Below, piece after piece: positions 27,052-35,424 of a DNA stretch of 64,000 nucleotides (its first letter is position 1; every line of letters begins with the position of its first letter). A program made the position numbers and the translations under genes. Below the pieces are notes generated by a model, which worked only from the letters and a program-made list of their open reading frames with translations, did not search any database and had not been told where the DNA came from. The stretch spans positions 6,739 to 70,738 of the forward strand of contig JAENYK010000013.1 in the NCBI GenBank assembly GCA_016841825.1, in the 5' to 3' direction. The DNA comes from Halothermothrix sp. Its GTDB lineage: Bacteria > Bacillota > Halanaerobiia > DY22613.

Positions 27052-28572
27052 CTAAAAAAAACTAGTTTCCATTAACATACTAACTTTTTCAAAATTGTAC
27101 ACATTACTGAGAGAAAGGGAAGGATAATTTGTGGTAATTAGACCACGAATACTCTCCATCTTTTTTTCAGCTAATGGTAAGAGTTCTTTGATCTGATTTC
27201 TCAGTCTATCGGTATTATTTTCAATTTGATCTTTACTCAGATTTTTCCCATAATGAGATATATATGTTTTTAAGTTTCCCGACAAAATCTCATCTGCATT
27301 AAAATCCGAATATACAGCATAATCCTCAAAACTGGATAATAAGACCTGTATTTCAAAATCATCTTGATTCTCATAGCAATCTGTATACGGAAAAATTACT
27401 GTCGGAGTAACCCATCTGGGCTTGCCTCCTGCTTCAACAGTTTTTCGAATGACTTCTTCAGTTACTGCTATATCTTCTTCTGTCTCCATCGGAAAACCAG
27501 ACATCCACCATGTATCTGCCACTATTCCACATTCATATGCATCTCTAATTGATTTGAGCATCTGTTCAACAGTATACGGACGTTTGTGAGCTTTCAACAA
27601 TTTTGGTGAACCTGTTTCACATCCAAAATCTACAAAAGAGTAATTAGCTTTAACCATCTCCTGTAAAAGATCACGACTAAATATCGGAGCAGCATTATCT
27701 CTAATCAATTCAAACTGGTTACCAAGTCCAGATTTATTTATCTTCTGTGCTATCTCCAGCAGATGTTCTTCCGCATTACTGGCTGCCCAGGCTTCATCTT
27801 GAAAATAAATATGATTAGCCCCATGTTCTTTTAATAATCTGATCTGATCGATGACCCAATCAGTATCCATTAGTTTAAACTCGCTTCGACCGTGAAATCT
27901 ATCCAATTTACATCCCAGACAATAAGTACAGTTAAAAGGGCATCTACCGCGAACACGATTCACAGCAATTGGAATAGAAGAAGCCATTCTTGTTTTCAAC
28001 AAACCTGGATCGTAAATTGGAATTTTGTTTACATCATCAATCAGTTCTGGCAGCCCTCCATCGTGATATTTTGTGACAACTCCCGGAATTTTGATGTCAT
28101 AAAGAGAACTTCCATTATCGATTGCCAACAATAGTTTTTCTAAGGGAATCTCCGCTTCTCCCCTGATGACTACGTCTATTTCTGGATAGTGAACGATCTG
28201 ATCGGCAAAAATGGAAGCATTTGTCCCTCCAACAATTACTGGTTTGTCAGGATAGGTTGCTTTGAGCAATTTAGCAAATCTCAATGTACTTTTACTTTCT
28301 AACATCCAGTTAAGTTGTAAACAATATACATCATAATTCAGTAATATATCATTCAAAATTTGTCTAAAATTATTTTCAATCAAAGCAGATGTTAAGGAAA
28401 ATATAGCTGTCTCATACTTGTTGGATATATATGTAGCCAGATGTAACATTCCATATCCAATAGTTCCACCATCCCGTACCATTGTAGCCCGGGGATGGTT
28501 TATTAACCAATCAACATATTCTAATCCCTTGTGAAACCCTCTGGGCACCTGAATAAAAGCTACGTTTTGCAT
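27052..28572 (-). CDS. B12-binding-domain radical SAM enzyme (class B)
   Basis: N-terminal Rossmann-like cobalamin-domain pattern (PVIVGGTNASIF...DVVIRGEAEIPLEKLL), then RGRCPFNCTYCLG (CX3CX2C). Confidence 0.8.
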   Translation of the reverse strand: MQNVAFIQVPRGFHKGLEYVDWLINHPRATMVRDGGTIGYGMLHLATYISNKYETAIFSLTSALIENNFRQILNDILLNYDVYCLQLNWMLESKSTLRFAKLLKATYPDKPVIVGGTNASIFADQIVHYPEIDVVIRGEAEIPLEKLLLAIDNGSSLYDIKIPGVVTKYHDGGLPELIDDVNKIPIYDPGLLKTRMASSIPIAVNRVRGRCPFNCTYCLGCKLDRFHGRSEFKLMDTDWVIDQIRLLKEHGANHIYFQDEAWAASNAEEHLLEIAQKINKSGLGNQFELIRDNAAPIFSRDLLQEMVKANYSFVDFGCETGSPKLLKAHKRPYTVEQMLKSIRDAYECGIVADTWWMSGFPMETEEDIAVTEEVIRKTVEAGGKPRWVTPTVIFPYTDCYENQDDFEIQVLLSSFEDYAVYSDFNADEILSGNLKTYISHYGKNLSKDQIENNTDRLRNQIKELLPLAEKKMESIRGLITTNYPSLSLSNVYNFEKVSMLMETSFF

Positions 28573-28573
28573 A

Positions 28574-30037
28574 TCATTCTCCTCCTTTCTGAGTCAAGTA
28601 ATTTTCATAAATTGCCAGATATCGTCTATCATAAAAGAACTTACTATAGATTCCATAATCCATAGCATCTTTGTAATCAAAATATAAATATTTAGAATCA
28701 ACCTTTATTTTATCCAGGTATTCCAGGCAGGTTATCTCAAAAATAAACTCCTCGAGTAAATCAATACCAAAGAATTGTTGAAACTTCTCTAAATCGACCT
28801 GCTTATTGCGATATAACATCTCAAGAATATAAATCTGCATGGTCTCCTTTACCGTTTCCTGTTTCCCTTTAAAGATTGCATCAATGCAGTTAAACCTGGT
28901 TATATCAGGATCAGTTCGATAATTAACAACCATTTTAGGTGATGTTATATAAGAGACACTACTAGGTCCAAATCCCAAACATGAATTTCCTCCTGTTAGA
29001 TTAGGTCGTGTATTATAGTTAAATTTGTTAAAGGTGATCTCCTTAGAAACAAAAGATTGAAATTCTAAATTATCGTTATTACATAGATTATGATACCCAT
29101 ACTCCTCACTCATCAAATTCGCAGCTTTTAAAGTGGGGTAGATTAATGAATTATAATAGTTATCTAAAAATTTCTCATGATTTTCAATCGAGCCAAACTC
29201 CCCTCTTCCACGCCGATAGACATAAACTGTTATTGAATAAGGACGGAGTTTAATCAATTGTTGAAAACTTTCCATAAAACTTTCTTTAGTTTGTCCATCC
29301 AGACCTAACATTAAGTCAACATTAATTTGATCAAATTTTAGCTTTTTAGCCAATTGAATAATCTCCAGCATTTTTTCGGGAGCTACATAGTCCCGTTTGA
29401 CTTTCTTTAAAACCTCCTGATCAAATGCCTGAACTCCGAAACTGACCCGATTAAATCCATAATCTTTAACCAATCTTAATTTTTCTAGATCGAAAATTCT
29501 CGGAGAATTCTCAAATGTTTTTTGAGAATTTTTTTTAAACTTAAACCATTTGAGAAATTCACTAAAAAGGTATTCCATCTGCTCTACAGTCAGTATATTC
29601 GGAGTACCACCACCCACGTATAGTGAATTATAGTCTATATCTCCTAATACTTCAGACATATCTGCCATCATTGGAATCAAAATCTCCAAATACCCATCTA
29701 TTTCAGAGGAATCAGCTAAAACGTGTGAGCGATACATACAATAAGTACATCTTTCTGGTCCAACACAAAAGGGAATACCGATATAGACATCAATCTTTTC
29801 CTTAATTTTAGGAATTGTTATTGCTTTTCGCCACCATTCTTTTACCTGTGAGAAATCAACACATTGATTATCTATGCTTCCGGTAAATCTCCATGGTGGA
29901 GTGATTAAGTTAAAACTTTCGGTAATTTTTTTATACGATGCAATCAACTGATCCAATTTCCCTGTTTCAATAACCTTTTCTGTCAAAGCAATTTTGTAAA
30001 GCGAATTATAGTCCAAGCAGTTTTCACCATGACTCAT
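28574..30037 (-). CDS. HemN-like (coproporphyrinogen III oxidase family, class C-type) radical SAM enzyme with a CX5CX2C motif
   Basis: VYIGIPFCVGPERCTYCMY, YVGGGTPN, and HemN-like length with a C-terminal helical domain. Confidence 0.7.
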   Translation of the reverse strand: MSHGENCLDYNSLYKIALTEKVIETGKLDQLIASYKKITESFNLITPPWRFTGSIDNQCVDFSQVKEWWRKAITIPKIKEKIDVYIGIPFCVGPERCTYCMYRSHVLADSSEIDGYLEILIPMMADMSEVLGDIDYNSLYVGGGTPNILTVEQMEYLFSEFLKWFKFKKNSQKTFENSPRIFDLEKLRLVKDYGFNRVSFGVQAFDQEVLKKVKRDYVAPEKMLEIIQLAKKLKFDQINVDLMLGLDGQTKESFMESFQQLIKLRPYSITVYVYRRGRGEFGSIENHEKFLDNYYNSLIYPTLKAANLMSEEYGYHNLCNNDNLEFQSFVSKEITFNKFNYNTRPNLTGGNSCLGFGPSSVSYITSPKMVVNYRTDPDITRFNCIDAIFKGKQETVKETMQIYILEMLYRNKQVDLEKFQQFFGIDLLEEFIFEITCLEYLDKIKVDSKYLYFDYKDAMDYGIYSKFFYDRRYLAIYENYLTQKGGE

Positions 30038-30089
30038 ATCAAAGACTCCTCTCTTATAAAATTAATCTTTATATTTTCAGAACTTTACT

Positions 30090-31523
30090 TTAATGTGAGA
30101 TAATATCCTGTATGATCTCGATCTGTTCTTCGGGAGTCAATTTACTTTGCAAGTCATAACCATGGAGCATTGTTTTTTCCTTCTTTTCTTTGAGATGTGT
30201 ATAATAATCGACAAAGTTCTGAATTCGACGACTAACAGTCAGTTCCTCAGAATTACAAAAAATATTGCTGGCAGGATGCATTTCTGCTTTATAATATTCA
30301 ACTTTGGCGTTAATTTTTTTTAAGTTCCTAATGTATATTGCCTGTTCTAAAGTTGTCTGGAAATCATCACCTGGCATTCCTAAGTTGAAGCTAGTAATCA
30401 CTTTAACCCCTGTCTCGCGGCCATATTTGATTACATCCAAAACTTTATCATAGGGAACATAACTATGATTCAATTTAGCGATTCGTTCATTGGCATGACC
30501 GACATAAATTGTATATAAAGAGTTAGCAGGATTAAAAACCGCTGCATACCGCAGATTGACTTCCCGATCAAAATAAAATGGAAAGTCTTCAAAATAAAAA
30601 CCTGCGTTTAGCTCAATCCTACTGTTCTCCAAAATATCTAATAACTGATGATGGTATTTATCCTGGACAATCATCGGACTATGAGGGATATATATATGCC
30701 CTATTCCCAGAGAATTCAGTTTTAAAATGTCTGCAGCCACTTTTTCTGGACTCCTTAAAATAATCTTATCCCGATTAAAACATCTTTTGAAAGCATTTTT
30801 TGAACCTCCACAAAATGAACAATTAAAGCTACAACCTCTGCCAGTATAAACTGGCCAAAAACCCTTTCTCTGAGGACGATAATACTCGGAGATTTTATTT
30901 GGAGCTGAGCGGTGGAATTGATAATCCAGATTGTATAAATAAAACATCTGTTCCCAATTGTTAATCATCTCAAAATCCAGAAAATCTATCTCCTCAAATA
31001 ACTGTTGATCAATCAGATAAGTTATTGGATTATTCTGGACACCGCTACAAGTTCGATAAGTTAAATTAGGTATCTCTGCATAATTATTGCTTTCAGAGAG
31101 TAAAGTTTCAACCAACATCCTGAGCGGTTCTTCTGCTTCTCCTTTGATTACAAAATCTATACAAAGAAAATTTACTAATATCTCTACTGCAAAAAATGAA
31201 GCTGTTAAGCCGCCTAAAATAACTACAGAGTTGGGATAAATCTCTTTTATTGTCTCAGCTAATGCTATCGCTTCAAAAGAATGGACAAACCAGTGTAGAT
31301 CAATACAAAATATCTTTGTTTCCAGTGTAGCTAAAATATCCCAGTCAGTTAATTTATCATCTAATGCTTTCTCTAAAAGCAGATTTATTATACTGACCTG
31401 ATAATTATTTTTCTTTAAATATGAAGCTAGTCCAATCATTCCAATCGGTGCTAAAGGTCCCTGCAGTCCTTCTAAATTTCTGCCACCAGCATGTAAAAAT
31501 ACTACATCGTTCTCTTTCTTCAT
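30090..31523 (-). CDS. B12-binding-domain radical SAM enzyme (class B)
   Basis: VVILGGLTASFF...DFVIKGEAEEPLRMLV, then TGRGCSFNCSFCGG. ATG at 31523 after AAGAGGTG (track start is 31568). Confidence 0.8.
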   Translation of the reverse strand: MKKENDVVFLHAGGRNLEGLQGPLAPIGMIGLASYLKKNNYQVSIINLLLEKALDDKLTDWDILATLETKIFCIDLHWFVHSFEAIALAETIKEIYPNSVVILGGLTASFFAVEILVNFLCIDFVIKGEAEEPLRMLVETLLSESNNYAEIPNLTYRTCSGVQNNPITYLIDQQLFEEIDFLDFEMINNWEQMFYLYNLDYQFHRSAPNKISEYYRPQRKGFWPVYTGRGCSFNCSFCGGSKNAFKRCFNRDKIILRSPEKVAADILKLNSLGIGHIYIPHSPMIVQDKYHHQLLDILENSRIELNAGFYFEDFPFYFDREVNLRYAAVFNPANSLYTIYVGHANERIAKLNHSYVPYDKVLDVIKYGRETGVKVITSFNLGMPGDDFQTTLEQAIYIRNLKKINAKVEYYKAEMHPASNIFCNSEELTVSRRIQNFVDYYTHLKEKKEKTMLHGYDLQSKLTPEEQIEIIQDIISH

Positions 31524-31564
31524 CGTTAGCACACCTCTTTCTGCCCAACACAAGTAAACAGTAT

Positions 31565-33238
31565 TCAAACCTGAGTTTTGGCTCCCCTGGCTTTATATTT
31601 AAATAAATCTAAAAAGTTGGTTACTGGCCTTAGTAACTGATCTTCACCCATCTGCCGGATCACCTGTGAACATGTGACCAGACAATAGTCTTTCAAATAA
31701 CAATCACATTGAGAAAGGCAGTCCAGATTATTAGATTGAACTGTATCATTAATGTAAGATAGTTCTTTCGAATAATTCTCATCTGAGTTCAGATGATGGA
31801 TGATAAAACAGATCGGAAGTCCTTCAAAATTCAAAAAATACTCTTCTTTTTGTGAGAATTCGATAAACAACTGACAGTAATCAGTGATAGTTGAAAAGTT
31901 TTTAATGTTAGAGAAGTTAAGTATCACATTCTTACACCATTTCTGATAACGTTCAAGTAATGTTTTACTTTTTTGTAAATCCAACTCTATAAGCGGAAGT
32001 CGGATAAAAACATCCCCCATTTTGATTTTAATAATCTGTAATTCACGTCGTGAAGGGTTAAGGTTAAGGTCTTCAAAGATATTCAAATTACAGATCACCG
32101 GATATTCTCCCAGAACATCAAAAAATCTCTCACACTCCTGTACCGACTCCATCGAAACATTTATTTCAAAATAATCAATCCCTTTTGCAAAAGCGAGTTC
32201 AATAGCATCAGCAAACAATTTTTCAGAGACAAAATTATCGTGATTCATCACCAGACATCTGAGTCGATGACTTTTAGAATCCTCTAGCAGCTGATTAACC
32301 TTCTGTTCCCATTCTTCCAGTGAAGAATATTGGGAAGCAAGATAGTAAAAACATCTCGTCTCTTGAGTAATCGCATTTGATTCAAGTTGACAGCGATACG
32401 ACAGTTCTTTCCATTCTCGATATTGAACAGTCAGTGCATAGGCACGTTGATAGTGACCTTTGATAATCAACTTTCGAATAAGGCGGACAAAACTGGTTGC
32501 TGTGTTTTTAATAAGTATATCCGCATAATATTTTTCATAAATTTTATCATATTCAGTATATTCCCCATATTTTTGATAATGATGTAGAAGATTCAAAGCC
32601 AGGTTAGCCCGATTTGACTGATATTGTCCACTTTCCAGTTGCTTTAAACCTAACTCATTGTAGTATTTCGATTTGAACTGTTTTTTTCTAACTGAGCCAA
32701 CATGTAATATCTTCAAACTCAAAGGTTCAGGATCATCAATTGGTTTTTCACCATCGCGATTAACAATATATTCATGAATTATGCCCTCATAATGAAATCC
32801 AGTGTTGTTTTTATATAAAATTACCCGACTATTTTCAAATTGAACAACCATATTCATATAATAGTAATCAAAATCATAACTTTTATCTTGCTCGAACTTA
32901 CAGTTCAAAATATGGGAACTAAAATATTCCCGATCAGATTTTTGAAATTTATCAAAAAAACTATATTCCAGAACCAATTCATCAGCATCCAGATTCAATA
33001 TGTACTCACAAGTGGCAAACTGATTGGCATAATTACGCGGTGCACTATAATCATCACACCACTCAAAATGATAAATTTTATCGGTATACTTTTCTGCGAT
33101 GTTAATTGTATTATCGGTAGAACCTGTATCAACAATAACAATCTCATCCACATAATCCTTTACCCGACTCAGACAGACATCAAGAACATTTTCTTCATTT
33201 TTCACAATCATGCATAAGCTAATAGTCTTCTTTTTCAT
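31565..33238 (-). CDS. Family-2 glycosyltransferase fused to helical and Cys-rich C-terminal regions (SunS-like peptide glycosyltransferase candidate)
   Basis: N-terminus ISLCMIVKNEENVLDVCL...DEIVIVDTGSTDNT...NLDADE (GT-A/GT2 DxD). C-terminus CLSQCDCYLKDYCLVTC. The ORF extends to 33247. Confidence 0.7.
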   Translation of the reverse strand: MKKKTISLCMIVKNEENVLDVCLSRVKDYVDEIVIVDTGSTDNTINIAEKYTDKIYHFEWCDDYSAPRNYANQFATCEYILNLDADELVLEYSFFDKFQKSDREYFSSHILNCKFEQDKSYDFDYYYMNMVVQFENSRVILYKNNTGFHYEGIIHEYIVNRDGEKPIDDPEPLSLKILHVGSVRKKQFKSKYYNELGLKQLESGQYQSNRANLALNLLHHYQKYGEYTEYDKIYEKYYADILIKNTATSFVRLIRKLIIKGHYQRAYALTVQYREWKELSYRCQLESNAITQETRCFYYLASQYSSLEEWEQKVNQLLEDSKSHRLRCLVMNHDNFVSEKLFADAIELAFAKGIDYFEINVSMESVQECERFFDVLGEYPVICNLNIFEDLNLNPSRRELQIIKIKMGDVFIRLPLIELDLQKSKTLLERYQKWCKNVILNFSNIKNFSTITDYCQLFIEFSQKEEYFLNFEGLPICFIIHHLNSDENYSKELSYINDTVQSNNLDCLSQCDCYLKDYCLVTCSQVIRQMGEDQLLRPVTNFLDLFKYKARGAKTQV

Positions 33239-33262
33239 CTCTACCATCCTTCATTTGATTAG

Positions 33263-33294
33263 AGAGATAGTATCTCAAACGAGATACTATCTCT
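33263..33294 (-). terminator. Strong stem-loop just after the precursor genes (attenuator/transcript-stabilising hairpin)
   Basis: 14-bp perfect stem AGAGATAGTATCTC/GAGATACTATCTCT with a 4-nt loop, 14 nt after the precursor A2 stop. No U-tract. Confidence 0.55.
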
Positions 33295-33307
33295 TCTGGA
33301 GATTAAT

Positions 33308-33592
33308 TTACCATGAACTATTATGGTCGTTATCATGAGAAGTGTGTAAATCACTATGTCCCATCTCTTCATCTTCACCTAGTTGTGGTAAATTGATAAA
33401 CGATTTTGAAAGACGCTCTTCCAACTCTGCATTAACAGCAGAAATCTCTACCAGATTGATAGATTTTAATTCCGCAATCTCTGCATCTGAAAGATCATAA
33501 CCCTCACATGCTTTAACTGGATCAGTTAAAAATGAAGATCTAAACTGTTCATCTGTTACAACTCTGGAGATAATTGTGTTAAGTTTTGACAT
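33308..33592 (-). CDS. RiPP precursor peptide A2 (94 aa), core ...LGEDEEMGHSDLHTSHDNDHNSSW
   Basis: ATG at 33592, 8 nt after GGAGG (the track start 33607 lies inside the RBS). Paralog of A1 with an invariant junction block. Confidence 0.8.
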   Translation of the reverse strand: MSKLNTIISRVVTDEQFRSSFLTDPVKACEGYDLSDAEIAELKSINLVEISAVNAELEERLSKSFINLPQLGEDEEMGHSDLHTSHDNDHNSSW

Positions 33593-33631
33593 ACTTTTCA
33601 CCTCCATTTACACATTAATAATTATTTCGGT

Positions 33632-33922
33632 TTACCAACTAGCATCACCATGACTGTCATCAGTATGGTTTACGTGAGAACTGGAATGATACATCTCTTC
33701 ATCTTCTCCCAGGCTAGGCAAGTTAATAAAAGATTTAGAGAGACGTTCTTCCAACTCTGCATTGACCTGATTCAGTTCAGAAAGGTCAATCTCACTCAAC
33801 TTAGCAATCTCTTCTTGAGACAGACCAAAGCCTTCAGTAGCTTTGATTGGATCCTGCAAGAATTCACGACGGAAATTCTCATCCATGATCGCTTTGCTGA
33901 TTACATCATTAATTTTTTTCAT
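33632..33922 (-). CDS. RiPP precursor peptide A1 (96 aa), core ...LGEDEEMYHSSSHVNHTDDSHGDASW
   Basis: GGAGG RBS 8 nt upstream. Leader VISKAIMDENFRREFLQDPIKATEGFGLSQEEIAKL resembles long helical NHLP/Nif11-type RiPP leaders. Confidence 0.8.
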   Translation of the reverse strand: MKKINDVISKAIMDENFRREFLQDPIKATEGFGLSQEEIAKLSEIDLSELNQVNAELEERLSKSFINLPSLGEDEEMYHSSSHVNHTDDSHGDASW

Positions 33923-34078
33923 GGGTTACACCTCCTTTCTTCCTTTATTTAACTTTATCCCAGTGAAATTTAGTGCAGCTATATTCAGTGAGATAAAGAA
34001 AATTTGTAATTTTTTATATTAATATTATTAATTACATTTATTGTATTTTTGGAGTATAAAAAGAAAGGTATTGCCCAT

Positions 34079-34975
34079 TTATTTTGAATTTTCTTTCTTA
34101 TCTATAAAAAAAGTTTCTCCTTCACAGTCCCCAATATCTAAACCCATCATGCGGCGATTCAGACCTTCAAGGCTCACATCTCCCGAAAAAAAATCTTCAA
34201 AACCCAATATAGATGGATCCTGATGTAATTGATAAAATAACTCTAAATTTCTTTGTCGATATAGTCGATTCTGTTTATGAACAATATGATAATTTATTGC
34301 ATTCTCATTAAGTACAAAGGGAATACCTGCCTTATTTAAGCGAAAACCTAATTCAGTATCTTCAAAACCCCAACCTGTAAAATTTTCATTAAATGTTCCA
34401 ACTTTTTCGAAAAGACTGGTACCCATTGCTACATTTCCAGTCAAAAACATTACCCATCTAAGTTTAGGCATCTCTAAAGAACTTCTCAGTTTTACCCAAT
34501 AATATTCTGTGAGGGCACGGGCAAAAACTTTTTCCGGATAGTTTTGCATAAAATATTTGATCTCTTGATAGTTCTTCTCAAATTGATCAATATGCAAATT
34601 TCTCCTTTTGCCAATAACAACCAAATCAGTAGTACCTGTATTTATATATGATCGAGCATATTGAGAGACAAAATCAGGTGCAACCAATCGATCATCATCA
34701 ACAAAGATAATAATATCACCTTGAGCATTCCCGATTCCGGTATTGCGAGCAGCTGACCTCCCTTTATTCTGCTGATAAAAATATTTTAATTGAATTGAAG
34801 TATTCAGCTGATGTGACCTGACCATTTCTTCAGTCTGGTCAGAAGAGCCGTCATTGACAATGACAACTTCAAATTTGTTGTAATCATAATCCTGTCTTTC
34901 TAGAGATAACAGTGTCAAATCTAATGCTTTCCATTTGTTATAGGTAGGTATCAATACTGAGATAAACAACTTCAC
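34079..34975 (-). CDS. Family-2 glycosyltransferase
   Basis: ISVLIPTYNK...VVIVNDGSSD...FVDDD (GT2 motifs). GTG at 34975 or TTG at 34969 after AAGGAGGG. First gene of the operon. Confidence 0.8.
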   Translation of the reverse strand: MKLFISVLIPTYNKWKALDLTLLSLERQDYDYNKFEVVIVNDGSSDQTEEMVRSHQLNTSIQLKYFYQQNKGRSAARNTGIGNAQGDIIIFVDDDRLVAPDFVSQYARSYINTGTTDLVVIGKRRNLHIDQFEKNYQEIKYFMQNYPEKVFARALTEYYWVKLRSSLEMPKLRWVMFLTGNVAMGTSLFEKVGTFNENFTGWGFEDTELGFRLNKAGIPFVLNENAINYHIVHKQNRLYRQRNLELFYQLHQDPSILGFEDFFSGDVSLEGLNRRMMGLDIGDCEGETFFIDKKENSK

Positions 34976-35072
34976 ACCCTCCTTATATATTTATTGTTTT
35001 GTGAGTTATTTTTTGCTTTTTTGTTATCTAGATAGTATTTATGTAACATAATTCCTAAAAAGTCATATATAG

Positions 35073-35101
35073 ATTTTAGCATATATTTTTCAGTCTGTCA
35101 A
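35073..35101 (-). promoter_or_regulatory. Near-consensus sigma-A promoter of the 17-gene operon
   Basis: Minus strand reads TTGACA-17 nt-TAAAAT with a TGC extended -10, about 95 nt upstream of the GT2 start. Confidence 0.55.
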
Positions 35102-35424
35102 CCATTTAGAGGGAATTTATACTTTTATTGGTGTAATTGTTATTTAATATTTACATTAAATTAACTTTAAAGCTTCTCTCAAAATAAATACCCTACTCAA
35201 TATGAGAAGATGGTTTTCCAATTCTATAATAAAAAAATCGCAATGATGCAAATAAATTCACCTCTAAGGTCATTATCACCCCTTTTGCCAGACCATATGT
35301 TAATGTGACATGCTACTAAAGTATTCGAAGTTTCAGAGATTACAAAACCTGACTGCAATCCAGTTAGGTCTCATTTTTTTCAGGATTAGAAAAAACCGCC
35401 CCAATAAACCGGGACGGTTTCTAA

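Noticed and set aside
32387-33217. Plus-strand ORFs (66 aa and 125 aa) inside the GT2 fusion gene
   Set aside because: They are antisense to a long ORF with clear GT2 motifs. Their AT-rich Ile/Asn/Phe-dominated translations are typical of shadow ORFs.
33632-33922. The His/Asp/Ser-rich tails as mere low-complexity ends of random ORFs
   Set aside because: There are two paralogs with strong RBSs. The junction block shows 11 synonymous versus 1 non-synonymous change. The His spacing and the SW terminus are conserved. All of this argues for functional peptides.
33650-33952. 100-aa plus-strand ORF antisense to precursor A1
   Set aside because: It has no RBS and mirrors the strongly supported minus-strand peptide gene. 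Its sequence is a low-complexity artefact of the complementary codons.
34041-34223. 60-aa plus-strand ORF, and likewise the 66-aa ORF at 35310..35510
   Set aside because: They overlap the 3' ends of minus-strand genes (GT2 and the DmsC-like gene) in antisense and have no RBS.
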